64,000 nt of DNA from Niabella yanshanensis (lineage in GTDB: Bacteria > Bacteroidota > Bacteroidia > Chitinophagales > Chitinophagaceae). Positions 37,158 through 47,423 of this stretch are shown here, in pieces. Positions within the stretch are counted from its first letter, which is position 1. Each line of letters starts with the position of its first letter. The DNA lies in the NCBI GenBank assembly GCA_040393015.1, contig JBEBUZ010000008.1, positions 472 through 64,471 on the forward strand, given 5' to 3'. The position numbers and the translations under genes are program-made. Under the pieces are notes generated by a model that saw only the letters and a list, made by a program, of their open reading frames with translations, had not been told where the DNA came from and ran no database searches.

Positions 37158-38012
37158 CTATACTTCTTCCAGCTCGCCCACCATTAGGTGACTGTAAGCC
37201 TCATTGAGGAAATTAGGAATGAGGTTTTTGTTGGTCCGATATATTTTATCGGGATCTTCCAGGAACTCCAGCATGCTGTTGAGTTTTGCTCTGCCATGAT
37301 TTTCAATCACGGTTTTTTGCTTTTCTTCATCCTGGAAATGCTTGAACATTCCCTCCGCATCGGCTTCGGGGTGGAATTGGGTTCCGAAAATATAATCACT
37401 GAAGCGAATACCCATTACGGCACGCTCGTAAGGAACATGCGGCCTTTCCTTCTCAATACAGGTAATCGTTGCGCCCATATCGTGCAACATTTCCAGGTTG
37501 GGCTGAATGAGCTGATAGTCGCGGCTGTCTACCGCATAGAACGGATCCCGGAGATGTTGAAATACCGGGTCATTGATTGAGTCGGGCAAAATATGAATAG
37601 GGAAAATACCAAAGGAAGTGGAACGTCTTTTGCAAATCAATCCTGCATTAAAATACCTGCTGGCCAACTGAAAAGAATGGCATATAAGAAAGACGAACTT
37701 TTTAATACTGTTAGCGGGATTTTCGTTCCAGCGTAAAATATCACCAAACCATCTGTTCCATTTAATATCCCAGTCATCGAACCGTGAACTTAAAGGGTCG
37801 CCGGGGCCACCGCTGGATATATATATATCGTAAGAAGTATCAGGCACTTCATTGTTTACCCTTACATCAAAAATATCATATACGATTGCATAATTATTTG
37901 CTTCCCCCCACTGATGAACAATTTCCTTTATACACCGCATTCCCTGGTTCGGATATCCTGCATTTAAATCTAATACTGCTATTCGTATTTGCTTTTTGTC
38001 AAAATCAAACAT
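37158..38012 (-). CDS. class I glutamine amidotransferase-like protein
   Basis: Nucleophile region LICHSFQL and His/Glu region GTQFHPE. Confidence 0.75.
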   Translation of the reverse strand: MFDFDKKQIRIAVLDLNAGYPNQGMRCIKEIVHQWGEANNYAIVYDIFDVRVNNEVPDTSYDIYISSGGPGDPLSSRFDDWDIKWNRWFGDILRWNENPANSIKKFVFLICHSFQLASRYFNAGLICKRRSTSFGIFPIHILPDSINDPVFQHLRDPFYAVDSRDYQLIQPNLEMLHDMGATITCIEKERPHVPYERAVMGIRFSDYIFGTQFHPEADAEGMFKHFQDEEKQKTVIENHGRAKLNSMLEFLEDPDKIYRTNKNLIPNFLNEAYSHLMVGELEEV

Positions 38013-38100
38013 CCGACAAATTTAAGAGGTTTTTTCTTTGCGGTTTCTCCTTTTACCCAAAGAAAAACCTACAACGGTGTTTTTTAAAAGATTTACTCTG

Positions 38101-38628
38101 TTATCGGCTTTCAATAATTCCACTGAAAGAAATAGGGGTTCTGTTAGTACTGGAAACCTGCAAATAGGCAAAACCACCGGGCGAAACGGTAAAATGCAGG
38201 CTCCGAACTTCTCTTACGTCCTTCGGAACAATGGTAATCTCATAATTCTTCTTTTTCATCTTCCGGGTATAACTAAAATCGGTAGAAGTAAACCGGATAC
38301 CCCCCTCTGTAGGATCGATGGGCGCCACATAGGAACGACCGAAAAAAGGCAGGAACGCTATTACTGAGTCGGGTGTAATTTTCACATCGTAGAGTCCGTT
38401 TAACTGATACAGGTTGTTTCCGTTTTGCGGGAACATCAGCCTCGGGTTGAAGCGGGCATCCTCGGTGGGGATGGCCCGGCGGGCCACGAAGGTGAAAGCC
38501 TGTTGTTCGATTAAGGCTCCGTAATCGCTATTTTGCCCTGTCGCTGCTTCTTTCGGAGCGCCACAAGAGTATAACAGGCCTACTGCTAATAAGAGAACCA
38601 GGTATTTATAAAGAATTTTCTTTTTCAT
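38101..38628 (-). CDS. lipoprotein (DUF4251-like, tentative)
   Basis: Lipobox LLYSC. The pattern FTFVARRAIP...LPFFGRSY resembles DUF4251. Confidence 0.5.
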   Translation of the reverse strand: MKKKILYKYLVLLLAVGLLYSCGAPKEAATGQNSDYGALIEQQAFTFVARRAIPTEDARFNPRLMFPQNGNNLYQLNGLYDVKITPDSVIAFLPFFGRSYVAPIDPTEGGIRFTSTDFSYTRKMKKKNYEITIVPKDVREVRSLHFTVSPGGFAYLQVSSTNRTPISFSGIIESR

Positions 38629-38780
38629 TTTTTGAGTCTTTATTAATAAGATTGGGAAAGAGCGGTAATTACATAATTCCTGGGTATATTTAAGAAAAAT
38701 TTAAGGCGTAGAACCGGCCTCCTTTAATAAAACAAAACTATCAAATAATGGTTCCCGGAGCTCAGCTAAAATAACAATGC

Positions 38781-39209
38781 ATGAAGTTTATCTTTTTTTT
38801 TATCGCGATCACCACCTGTTTTCCGGGAATCACACAACAACTGTCCGAAAATAACCCGGCTCTCCCGGAAAGGTATTTGGCAAAATCGGAGAAAAAATTA
38901 AAAACGGCCAGAATTTTTGGCTGGACTGCTATAGGCTTGACAGCCGGAAGCGCCGGCCTCTTCATTAGGTCTAAATGGAGGGATAACCATAGCGATGATA
39001 TGTTTGCAGAGCTGGGAGATCGTATTCTCAGCGGTGGCGTAGGCCTGGTGGCGGCAGGGGCCGGGACCACCGCTATTCTTCTTCACACTTCTTCAAGGAA
39101 AGATAAACAAAAAGCAGCTGCCATCACTCCCCTGGTTACACTCAAACAGGTCGATATTGGGGAAAAGCGCTATCGCCAGCCAGCTACAGGGTTTATACTG
39201 CATTTTTAG
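38781..39209 (+). CDS. hypothetical membrane protein
   Basis: Signal peptide plus two Gly/Ala-rich TM helices. No family recognised. Confidence 0.4.
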   Translation: MKFIFFFIAITTCFPGITQQLSENNPALPERYLAKSEKKLKTARIFGWTAIGLTAGSAGLFIRSKWRDNHSDDMFAELGDRILSGGVGLVAAGAGTTAILLHTSSRKDKQKAAAITPLVTLKQVDIGEKRYRQPATGFILHF

Positions 39210-39227
39210 CGCGATTGAAAGCTTTAC

Positions 39228-39650
39228 TTATTTCCGCTCAAACACATAGGTAACAGTGTTGAGGCTGTTGTAAACCCTTGCTTTAAAACGATCAGGATTG
39301 CCAAAACCTGATATTTCCAGACGGTCATATTTTGATTGGTGCTCACCCGAAACATCAATTGTTAGTATAAAGTCCGTGTCACTGCTGCCCTCAGAGTCTG
39401 TAGAGGTGTAAGAATCAATATACCAGTTTCCATAGTAGGCCTCATTGCTTCTGTCGTAATAGGTAACAGTATTGTCCTGCCGGAACGAGAAAAAACCGCC
39501 GTTAAAAACAATACGGCTGCTGCCCAGCCCAAATGTATTTATTTCAACAATACTCCAGTTGCCTATTATCCGGGTATTGAATTTTTCGAGCTTATGTTTG
39601 GTGCAGCCCGTTACCAGCGATATAAGCAGAAAAGCCATTAAGAATCTCAT
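39228..39650 (-). CDS. hypothetical lipoprotein
   Basis: Lipobox LVTGC, then a beta-rich sequence. No family recognised. Confidence 0.45.
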   Translation of the reverse strand: MRFLMAFLLISLVTGCTKHKLEKFNTRIIGNWSIVEINTFGLGSSRIVFNGGFFSFRQDNTVTYYDRSNEAYYGNWYIDSYTSTDSEGSSDTDFILTIDVSGEHQSKYDRLEISGFGNPDRFKARVYNSLNTVTYVFERK

Positions 39651-39699
39651 AAGGGTTCCCTTTATACCTTAGACGGTGATTATTGGCTTGTCGTTGCAT

Positions 39700-40944
39700 T
39701 TACCGGGTTTGGCCGTTGCCCTCCAGTATCCATTTTTCGGTTACCAGTTTTTCCAAAGCAAAGGGCCCCCTCGCATGAAGTTTTTGGGTTGAAATACCTA
39801 TTTCTGCTCCCAGCCCAAATTCCTCTCCATCTGTAAACCGGGTAGAGGCATTGGTGTAAACTGCCGCTGCATCCACCTCGTTAACAAAACGGGCAAGGGC
39901 TTTTTTGTCCTCCGACACAATGGCTTCAGAGTGACGGGTTGAATATTGCGCTATATGCGACAGGGCCTCCTCTATACCCTTTACTGTTTTCACAGCACAT
40001 TTCAGAGAGAGGAACTCCCGTCCGAAATCGGCGGGTTTGGCTTTGGCCAAATAGGGATAGCCTTTCAGTTTTTTATGAGATAAGCTATCGGCAAAAAGCT
40101 CTACTTCATGCTCTGCCAGGGATGGTGCTACCAGCTCAAAAAATTTATCCGAAATCGCTTCGTCTACCAGGATAGCGTCGGCTGCATTGCAAACCGAAGG
40201 GCGGCTAACTTTGGCGTTTACCACAATATTCACGGCCTTTTTAAGGTCGGCCGATTTTTCAACATATACATGACAAACCCCTGCGCCGGTTTCAATAACG
40301 GGAACAAGGCTGTTTTGCCGGACAAAATTAATCAGTCCTTCCGATCCACGTGGTATCAGCACGTCCAGATATTGGGTAGCGGTAAACATGTCCTGCACCA
40401 CTTCCCGTTCGGGGGGGAGTAAACAAACCGTATGGGCGTCCAGGCCAAATTCTGCCAGTGCCCTCCGGATAATACCGATGGAAACTTTATTGGTATGACG
40501 GGCGTCGCTGCTGCCTTTTAACACACAGGCGTTACGACTGCGCAAACAGAGTGCGGCAATATCAAAAGTGACGTTGGGGCGACTTTCGTAAATAGCGCCA
40601 ACTACACCCAGGGGAACAGCAATCTTCTTTAGCCGGATACCATTCGGTAGTATTCGTTGCGCCAGCACTTCACCGGTAGGATCTGGGAGTTTTGCTACGT
40701 TTCGGATGGCTTTGGCAATATTTTTTAAACGCTCGCTATTCAACATCAGCCGGTCATTTTTCGGATCATCAGGATCCTTCTCCGAAAGATCCTTTTGATT
40801 GCCTCTGAGGATTGCCGCTTCCTTAGCAATAATACCGTCAGCAATGGCATTTAATAAACCTTTTAACTGTTTCGCGGATAATTTTTGAAGCGCAATTTTC
40901 GCTTTATTGGCTTTTACAAGAGTGCTTTGTATCGTCATAATCAT
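39700..40944 (-). CDS. proA: glutamate-5-semialdehyde dehydrogenase (gamma-glutamyl phosphate reductase)
   Basis: Full-length ALDH-type ProA pattern (VIETGAGVCHVYV, catalytic Cys in SVCNAAD). It lies downstream of proB. Confidence 0.9.
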   Translation of the reverse strand: MIMTIQSTLVKANKAKIALQKLSAKQLKGLLNAIADGIIAKEAAILRGNQKDLSEKDPDDPKNDRLMLNSERLKNIAKAIRNVAKLPDPTGEVLAQRILPNGIRLKKIAVPLGVVGAIYESRPNVTFDIAALCLRSRNACVLKGSSDARHTNKVSIGIIRRALAEFGLDAHTVCLLPPEREVVQDMFTATQYLDVLIPRGSEGLINFVRQNSLVPVIETGAGVCHVYVEKSADLKKAVNIVVNAKVSRPSVCNAADAILVDEAISDKFFELVAPSLAEHEVELFADSLSHKKLKGYPYLAKAKPADFGREFLSLKCAVKTVKGIEEALSHIAQYSTRHSEAIVSEDKKALARFVNEVDAAAVYTNASTRFTDGEEFGLGAEIGISTQKLHARGPFALEKLVTEKWILEGNGQTR

Positions 40945-40957
40945 TTTATTTTCCTGC

Positions 40958-41995
40958 TTATATCAAAACTATATCATTAGCATGTGCGGCAATGATATTT
41001 TTTTCTTTCAGGTGTTTTTGAAGTTCCTGGCTGTCGAGTTTTGCCTTGGCTACGCCAATAATGATATCGTCTTCATTCATCAACTGTACTACTTCCCCGG
41101 CCGCAAAACTGCCTGCTACACCCGAAATTCCAACGGTTAAAAGACTTTTGCGCTCTGCTACGGCTTTGGCAGCTCCCTTATCTAATTTAATATTACCCAG
41201 GGTAATTGAGCCGCTCGCCAGCCATTTCTGGCGGTTTTTGAGGTTGGATTTATGAGCATAAAAAAAACTGCCTGTTTTTTTATTCAGGGCATCGATAATG
41301 GGTTGAGACGATTGAAGTCCGCACATAATTACATTAATGCCCAGGTTGGTGGCCAGCCGCGTGAAAGTGAGTTTGGACAACATACCTCCCAGGCCAAATT
41401 CTGATTTTTCGCCTTTTTTTACCAGCGACAATAAATCGCTGTCGATGGCTTTTATTTCCCGAACAATATTTTTGTCGTTGTCGAGGAAACCTCCAACGGA
41501 GGTGCAGAGTACCAGTGTTTCGGCGTCGAAAGCAATCGCCAGCAGGGTTGCCAGTTCATCGTTGTCCGAAAACTTCAGTTCCAGGTCGCTGATGACGTCG
41601 TTTTCATTCACCACTGGTATAATATTATGACGCCAGAAGGTTTTAAAAGTATCGAGGAGCTGTAAAAAAGGTTTACGGTTGCTGAAATGGGATCGTTCGC
41701 AAAGCGCCTGCGCTACCATTAACCCTTGTTTTTGAAAATAGCTTCTGTAAAGTTGTATCAGAATGGGATTGCCTATGGCGGCCGCAACTTTTCTTTGCAG
41801 TAGCGTGCCTTTATATCCTTCGATATGCTTTTTTCCACTGCTTACCGCCCCACTGCTTACCAATACTATCTTATATTGCCGGCTCAGGGAAGAAACATCA
41901 CCAACGATTTTTTTAATTACCGCTTTATTGATATCTCCGTTAGGCTTGGTAATAACTGCAGAACCTAATTTAATTACTAAAACCTTTTGTTTCAT
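40958..41995 (-). CDS. proB: glutamate 5-kinase
   Basis: MKQKVLVIKLGSAVIT amino-acid-kinase N-terminus and a C-terminal PUA-like domain. Start set at 41995. The upstream 48 codons of the track ORF overlap the preceding gene. Confidence 0.9.
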   Translation of the reverse strand: MKQKVLVIKLGSAVITKPNGDINKAVIKKIVGDVSSLSRQYKIVLVSSGAVSSGKKHIEGYKGTLLQRKVAAAIGNPILIQLYRSYFQKQGLMVAQALCERSHFSNRKPFLQLLDTFKTFWRHNIIPVVNENDVISDLELKFSDNDELATLLAIAFDAETLVLCTSVGGFLDNDKNIVREIKAIDSDLLSLVKKGEKSEFGLGGMLSKLTFTRLATNLGINVIMCGLQSSQPIIDALNKKTGSFFYAHKSNLKNRQKWLASGSITLGNIKLDKGAAKAVAERKSLLTVGISGVAGSFAAGEVVQLMNEDDIIIGVAKAKLDSQELQKHLKEKNIIAAHANDIVLI

Positions 41996-42498
41996 AAAAT
42001 GAAAATGTAAGCAAAGGTAATACAGCCCAGTAGTTTCTCGAGTACATAGTAGGTAATGGGGCAGAATTCGCTGTTTTTTAAACTTAGATGGGGCCGTTTC
42101 AACAGCACATCTTCGCTGGTATAGGGAAACCGGGCGCAATCTGATGGGCGCTCTTCGTAGATTGAGCAGGTATTGTCCCCGTTTAAAAAAGGACAGGGGG
42201 ATGATTTTGTTACGAAATCGCCTTCTTCATCCACTCTTAAATAAGTGTCAATAAAATTACTCTCCTTTAGCCCGAGATGTTTTGATATTCTTTTGATATC
42301 GGGTGTTTTGAACCGGGGTGAATAGTTTTTGCAGCAGTTGGCGCAGGTGAGACAATCCACTTTTTCATACGCTTCTTCGTCCAGTTTTTGCAGTTGTTTG
42401 AGAACTTTGTTTTTATCAGCCCGCTTTAAAAATTGCTGGTATTTTTTGCGATGTTCCTTCGACTTTTTTTCCCAATTGTGCAAAATGTCATTACTCAT
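41992..42498 (-). CDS. YkgJ-family cysteine-cluster protein
   Basis: CLTCANCCKNYSP and a later CPFL...C Cys cluster, typical of UPF0153/YkgJ. 4-nt overlap with the proB start. Confidence 0.7.
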   Translation of the reverse strand: MSNDILHNWEKKSKEHRKKYQQFLKRADKNKVLKQLQKLDEEAYEKVDCLTCANCCKNYSPRFKTPDIKRISKHLGLKESNFIDTYLRVDEEGDFVTKSSPCPFLNGDNTCSIYEERPSDCARFPYTSEDVLLKRPHLSLKNSEFCPITYYVLEKLLGCITFAYIFIL

Positions 42499-43417
42499 CC
42501 GGTTTTCGATTGTTTAGCTCGTTTTGCTGTTCTATTTTTCGCATCTGGTTGCTTGTGAGGCGGCTGCCGTCATGGCTCCATCCCGGAGGACCCAGTATAT
42601 ATCCGAGCTTTTGCTTCCAGTTCAGGCCCTTTTTACGCAGGTCTTTAAACATATTAATCCACTCGTGAAAAATAATATTGAATGCGTTTTCCTTTTTAAT
42701 GGGCGTAGTGAGTCCGTATTGAATGGGCTGATACTCTTCCGCGGACAGTTCTTTCTGAAAAGTACCGAACAATTTATCCCAAATGATCAGGAACATGCCC
42801 ATATTTTTATCAAGATATTTTACATTCGACCCGTGATGAACCCGATGATGCGAGGGGGTAACCAGGATATATTCGAGGAAACCCAGTTTACCCACTTTTT
42901 CGGTATGTACCAAAATGCCCCAGATTTGGGTGGCCGAATAAATAAAAGCGATATCCAAAGGGTGAAATCCCAGCCAGGCGATGGGAATAAAGTAAACGAA
43001 CCGGTACAGAGGTTCGAGTACCGAAGACCGGAATCCAACGGTTAGGTTGTATTTCGGTGAAGAATGGTGCGTGAAATGCGTGGCCCAGAACAGGCGGCAC
43101 TCATGGTCTGCCCGATGGAGCCAGTAGTACATGAAATCTTCAAAAATGAGCAGGACAAGCCAGTAAAGAACAGGGTTGGCAATAGGTTCCACAATCCGGT
43201 GGTTATAGAAAAAGGTAAGAATGATGCCTACATAAATTGCTCTGAATAACAGGTCGATACCGCCGTTTAACAGCATAAAATACACACTTTGCAATGTGTC
43301 TTTCAGGCTATAAGTGTCCTGCTTCCGCAGGTGGCTCAATATCATTTCCGCACCAATTACAATCAGGTAAATGGGGGTAGTCATTAAAATAAGAAGTTGT
43401 TCTCTCGCCGTATCCAT
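42491..43417 (-). CDS. sterol desaturase/fatty acid hydroxylase family protein
   Basis: Histidine boxes HRADHE, HFTHHS and HHRVHH. Multiple TM helices. Start set at MDTAREQ (43417). Confidence 0.8.
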   Translation of the reverse strand: MDTAREQLLILMTTPIYLIVIGAEMILSHLRKQDTYSLKDTLQSVYFMLLNGGIDLLFRAIYVGIILTFFYNHRIVEPIANPVLYWLVLLIFEDFMYYWLHRADHECRLFWATHFTHHSSPKYNLTVGFRSSVLEPLYRFVYFIPIAWLGFHPLDIAFIYSATQIWGILVHTEKVGKLGFLEYILVTPSHHRVHHGSNVKYLDKNMGMFLIIWDKLFGTFQKELSAEEYQPIQYGLTTPIKKENAFNIIFHEWINMFKDLRKKGLNWKQKLGYILGPPGWSHDGSRLTSNQMRKIEQQNELNNRKPDE

Positions 43418-43562
43418 ACCGGCAGCAAAGATAGAGTTCCCTCCAGAATATTTCTCTGCAAAAATGGCAGCACAATCTTTTGGGTATGAGCAGAAACGGA
43501 TACTTATGCACATATCATCCGGTGAGCAATCGTATGCACTGTGTAAGCTGAAAAATTACTGT

Positions 43563-43570
43563 TACCTTTG
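43563..43570 (+). promoter_or_regulatory. TAnnTTTG -7 promoter-like box upstream of gcvP
   Basis: TACCTTTG lies about 120 nt upstream of the gcvP ATG. Confidence 0.3.
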
Positions 43571-43689
43571 CACATCCCCGACCGAAATGAAATTTTTCAG
43601 CCTAAATGGTTAGCACGAAAATTTCAAAAAGGTTCGTCGTGATAAAAGACGATAAAAAATCATAAGAGAAATTTAATTTCTACCACACT

Positions 43690-46572
43690 ATGAGTATAAT
43701 AGAACTCCAGCGCGAAGAATTTGCCAAGAGGCATATTGGCCCTAATGAGGCTGAAACGAAAAAAATGTTATACGAAGCCGGGCTGAATAATTTGGATGAC
43801 CTGGTTGATAAAACAGTTCCTTCCGGAATCCGCATGAAAGACGACCTGGCTATTCCCAAGGCTCTGAGTGAGCATGAATATCTCAGGCATATAAAGAGTA
43901 TTTCCTTAAAGAATAAGATCTTTAAAAACTATATAGGACAGGGTTATTATGGAACCATTACCCCCTCGGTAATACAGCGGAATATTTTCGAAAATCCGGG
44001 ATGGTATACTCAGTACACACCTTATCAGGCTGAGATATCCCAGGGACGTTTGGAAAGTTTACTGAACTTCCAGACCGTGGTGAGCGACCTTACCGGTCTG
44101 CCCCTGGCCAATGCTTCCCTTTTGGACGAAGCAACTGCAGCAGCGGAGGCGATGCTGATGTTTTTTAGCACTAAAAATAAGGCCGAAAATATTGACAGGC
44201 CAAGATTTTTTCTGGATACAGAGGTTTTTCCTCAGACCAAAGACGTGGTTTATACCAGGGCGCGGCCTTTTGGAATCGAGGTGGTGGAAGGTGATTTCAG
44301 AACGGCCAACGTTAATGAGTCTTATTTTGGAGCCTTGGTTCAGTATCCCAACAACCTGGGCAGCATAGAAGACTATAGCGATTTTATCACCGGTGTTCAG
44401 AATGCAGGCGGTTATGTAGCCATGGCTACCGATCTGCTGGCATTGACTCTTTTGAAATCGCCGGGAGAATTAGGGGCTGATGTGGCGATTGGTTCGGCTC
44501 AACGATTTGGTGTACCCCTGGGTTACGGGGGGCCTCATGCGGGCTTCATGTCGGCAAAAGATGATTTTAAACGGGTACTCCCCGGTCGTATCATCGGGGT
44601 AAGTGTAGATGCCAACGGTAACCGGGCACTACGTATGGCATTGCAAACAAGGGAACAGCACATCAAAAGGGAGAAAGCCACATCGAATATTTGTACCGCC
44701 CAGGCTTTACTGGCCAATATGGCTGCTATGTATGCCGTATATCATGGTCCGGAAGGGCTGAGAAATATTGCGGAAAGAATTGCGGTTTATGCGCAAACAG
44801 TGGCAGCAGAGGTAGAAGCGAGAGGTTTTGAACTCGTGGCAGGGAATTTCTTTGATACAATCGTTGTTAAAGCAGATAATGTAGAAGCTATTCGCCGGAA
44901 GGCGGAAGCGCAAAAAATTAATTTCCGCTATATCGGTAAACGGCTGATCGGTATTTCGATAGACGAAACCATCATTGTGGAAGATTTATTTGATATAATT
45001 AATTGTTTTGGGAATGATACCGATTCGGTTGCATTTGAAATCGGCGACGATGCGGATTTGTATCGCATTCCCGATGCTTTGAAGCGAAGCTCCGGCTATC
45101 TGACCCATCCGGTATTTAATACACACCGCAGCGAAAGCCAGATGATGAGGTATATTAAACAACTTGAGAACAAAGATTTGTCTTTGAATACCTCAATGAT
45201 ATCTTTAGGTAGCTGTACTATGAAACTGAATGCGGCTACGGAAATGGTTCCTTTAAGCTGGTCGCACTGGGCCGGAATTCACCCTTTTGTACCTGCCGAA
45301 CAGGCGGGAGGCTACAAAGAGCTGGTGGAAAAGCTGGGCAAATACCTTTGCGCTATCACTGCATTAGACGCTTGTAGCCTGCAACCCAATAGTGGAGCGC
45401 AGGGTGAGTATGCAGGGTTGCTGGCTATTAAATCTTATCACGAAGCTCAGGGAAATCCGCATCGTAAGGTTATGCTGATACCCATTTCCGCGCACGGTAC
45501 TAATCCGGCTTCTGCGGTAATGGCGGGTATGAAGGTGGTAGTAGTGAAAGCATTAGAGAATGGATATATTGATGTCGATGATCTGAAAGCCAAAGCTTCT
45601 CAACACGCCGCGGAACTGGCAGGCATTATGATCACTTATCCCAGTACTTATGGTGTGTATGAGGAAACGGTGAAGGAAATTACCCGGATTATCCACGAAA
45701 ACGGAGGTCAGGTGTATATGGATGGCGCCAATATGAATGCTCAGGTAGGGTTAACGGCTCCAGGTTTAATTGGAGCAGATGTATGCCACCTGAATTTGCA
45801 TAAAACCTTTGCCATTCCCCATGGCGGGGGCGGACCCGGCGTAGGCCCCATTTGTGTAAAGTCTCATCTGGCTCCGCATTTGCCGGGGCATGTGGCCGAT
45901 GATGGGGTAGGAGCCGACGGAGAAAGGGCTGGAGCAGTGTCTGCAGCGCCCTACGGATCGGCTTCCATTTTACTTATTTCTTACGCCTATATCGTAATGT
46001 TGGGTGCAAAGGGACTCAAAAAGGTAACTGAATATGCCATGTTGAATGCGAATTATATGCGGGCGAGGTTGGCCCGGCATTATGATATATTGTATACCAA
46101 TGATAACGGTCTCTGTGCTCATGAATTTATCGTAGACCTCCGGCCCTTTAAGAAAACGGCGCAAATTGAAGCAGAGGATGTGGCCAAGCGGCTGATGGAT
46201 TATGGATTTCACGCGCCCACGCTAAGCTTCCCGGTTCCGGGCACCATCATGATAGAACCTACCGAAAGCGAGGATAAGGCCGAACTGGACCGGTTTTGCG
46301 ATGCGTTGATCAGTATACGGGAAGAGATAAGGGCTGTGGAAGAAGGAAGAGCAGATATGAAAGATAATATTTTGAAAAATGCGCCGCATACTCAACAAAT
46401 GGTGATTACCGACGAATGGAACCGTAGTTATAGCAGACAGCAGGCGGCTTTTCCGCTGCATTATGTTTCTGTCAATAAATTCTGGCCTTCAGTGTCAAGG
46501 GTTAACAATACCGTTGGCGATCGCCATCTGATTTGCACCTGCGAACCAACGGAAATGTATGCCGAAGCATAG
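43690..46572 (+). CDS. gcvP: glycine dehydrogenase (aminomethyl-transferring), single-chain P-protein
   Basis: 960 aa. YTPYQAEISQGRLE and the PLP-lysine region CHLNLHKTFAIPHGGGGPG. Confidence 0.95.
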   Translation: MSIIELQREEFAKRHIGPNEAETKKMLYEAGLNNLDDLVDKTVPSGIRMKDDLAIPKALSEHEYLRHIKSISLKNKIFKNYIGQGYYGTITPSVIQRNIFENPGWYTQYTPYQAEISQGRLESLLNFQTVVSDLTGLPLANASLLDEATAAAEAMLMFFSTKNKAENIDRPRFFLDTEVFPQTKDVVYTRARPFGIEVVEGDFRTANVNESYFGALVQYPNNLGSIEDYSDFITGVQNAGGYVAMATDLLALTLLKSPGELGADVAIGSAQRFGVPLGYGGPHAGFMSAKDDFKRVLPGRIIGVSVDANGNRALRMALQTREQHIKREKATSNICTAQALLANMAAMYAVYHGPEGLRNIAERIAVYAQTVAAEVEARGFELVAGNFFDTIVVKADNVEAIRRKAEAQKINFRYIGKRLIGISIDETIIVEDLFDIINCFGNDTDSVAFEIGDDADLYRIPDALKRSSGYLTHPVFNTHRSESQMMRYIKQLENKDLSLNTSMISLGSCTMKLNAATEMVPLSWSHWAGIHPFVPAEQAGGYKELVEKLGKYLCAITALDACSLQPNSGAQGEYAGLLAIKSYHEAQGNPHRKVMLIPISAHGTNPASAVMAGMKVVVVKALENGYIDVDDLKAKASQHAAELAGIMITYPSTYGVYEETVKEITRIIHENGGQVYMDGANMNAQVGLTAPGLIGADVCHLNLHKTFAIPHGGGGPGVGPICVKSHLAPHLPGHVADDGVGADGERAGAVSAAPYGSASILLISYAYIVMLGAKGLKKVTEYAMLNANYMRARLARHYDILYTNDNGLCAHEFIVDLRPFKKTAQIEAEDVAKRLMDYGFHAPTLSFPVPGTIMIEPTESEDKAELDRFCDALISIREEIRAVEEGRADMKDNILKNAPHTQQMVITDEWNRSYSRQQAAFPLHYVSVNKFWPSVSRVNNTVGDRHLICTCEPTEMYAEA

Positions 46573-46586
46573 CGGGAACAGGAAGA

Positions 46587-47156
46587 TTATTTCTCTTCGA
46601 TAGTAAGCGCAAATGCCTTGTCAGACTCCTGGAAACAAAAATTCAGGATTTTAGTAGTAGTCGTTTTAAATTCCAGCGCGGCGCCCGAAGAAGTGTTATA
46701 TCTTAAATAAGTGTATAATTCTTCCTTTGTTTTATTGCGGAGGTTAATGCCGCCATCGGCGTCAATGACATAAAACTTCGAAAGAGGGTACTTTTCGCTT
46801 AAAAGATTATCAAAGTAATAAAATGTGTTTTTGAAAGTGCCGTAACTTCCGGTTACGGTACTGATAACTATCTTCGAAACAAGGCCTTCTTTTTCGATGA
46901 TTTTACAAATAAAATTAGGGTTGGGCGATTCTTTGTCCAATACTAAAAACATGGCCTCACGGTTGCCCCGGCTTCCCGATAACAGTACGCTGGTGTTTTC
47001 CAGATTGGTACTGATGCTATCATAACTTTTCCCTATAAAAGATACCATTTCCTCAATTTGAAGCGGATGAGGGTCTTTCAGCTCTGCTGCAATATCATTT
47101 TTATCGCAGGAAGTGAGGCTTGCTATCGCTAAAAGAAAAAACAGTATTCTTTTCAT
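46587..47156 (-). CDS. hypothetical lipoprotein
   Basis: Lipobox LTSC. No family recognised. Confidence 0.45.
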   Translation of the reverse strand: MKRILFFLLAIASLTSCDKNDIAAELKDPHPLQIEEMVSFIGKSYDSISTNLENTSVLLSGSRGNREAMFLVLDKESPNPNFICKIIEKEGLVSKIVISTVTGSYGTFKNTFYYFDNLLSEKYPLSKFYVIDADGGINLRNKTKEELYTYLRYNTSSGAALEFKTTTTKILNFCFQESDKAFALTIEEK

Positions 47157-47423
47157 TGGTTGTGTTTAGTTTTATTGAAAGGAAGGAGACCAGATTTCTT
47201 ATCCATTCCCAACAAAGATAATCACTGTTACGCCTAATTTATTGATAATAAGCAAGCAAATAGAATATTTATACCCACGCTTCGAGCGTTTTAACATTTT
47301 ATTTACCAGAGTTTAAATAGCAAAAATCATGCGAGGTATTAATTTTAACACCTTATTTTTAATACCGTTTGCAACACTTAAATTTGGCACTTCAATTGCT
47401 TATTTTATCTTAAAATATTAACA

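Noticed and set aside
38762-39086. Minus-strand ORFs overlapping the 38781-39209 plus-strand ORF.
   Set aside because: The plus-strand ORF has a signal peptide and TM helices. The antisense ORFs are Pro/Ala/Ser-rich and have no start context. None of the three is strongly supported, so only the plus-strand one is listed, at low confidence.
41996-42139. The N-terminal 48 codons of the 393-aa proB track ORF.
   Set aside because: They overlap the 3' end of the YkgJ gene. The canonical glutamate-5-kinase N-terminus starts at MKQKVLVIKLGS (41995).
43514-43689. Whether a glycine riboswitch lies upstream of gcvP.
   Set aside because: The leader is AT-rich, and I could not find the conserved glycine-aptamer elements (GGAGAG...CACCG...-type cores). 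An Rfam scan would be needed to exclude it formally.
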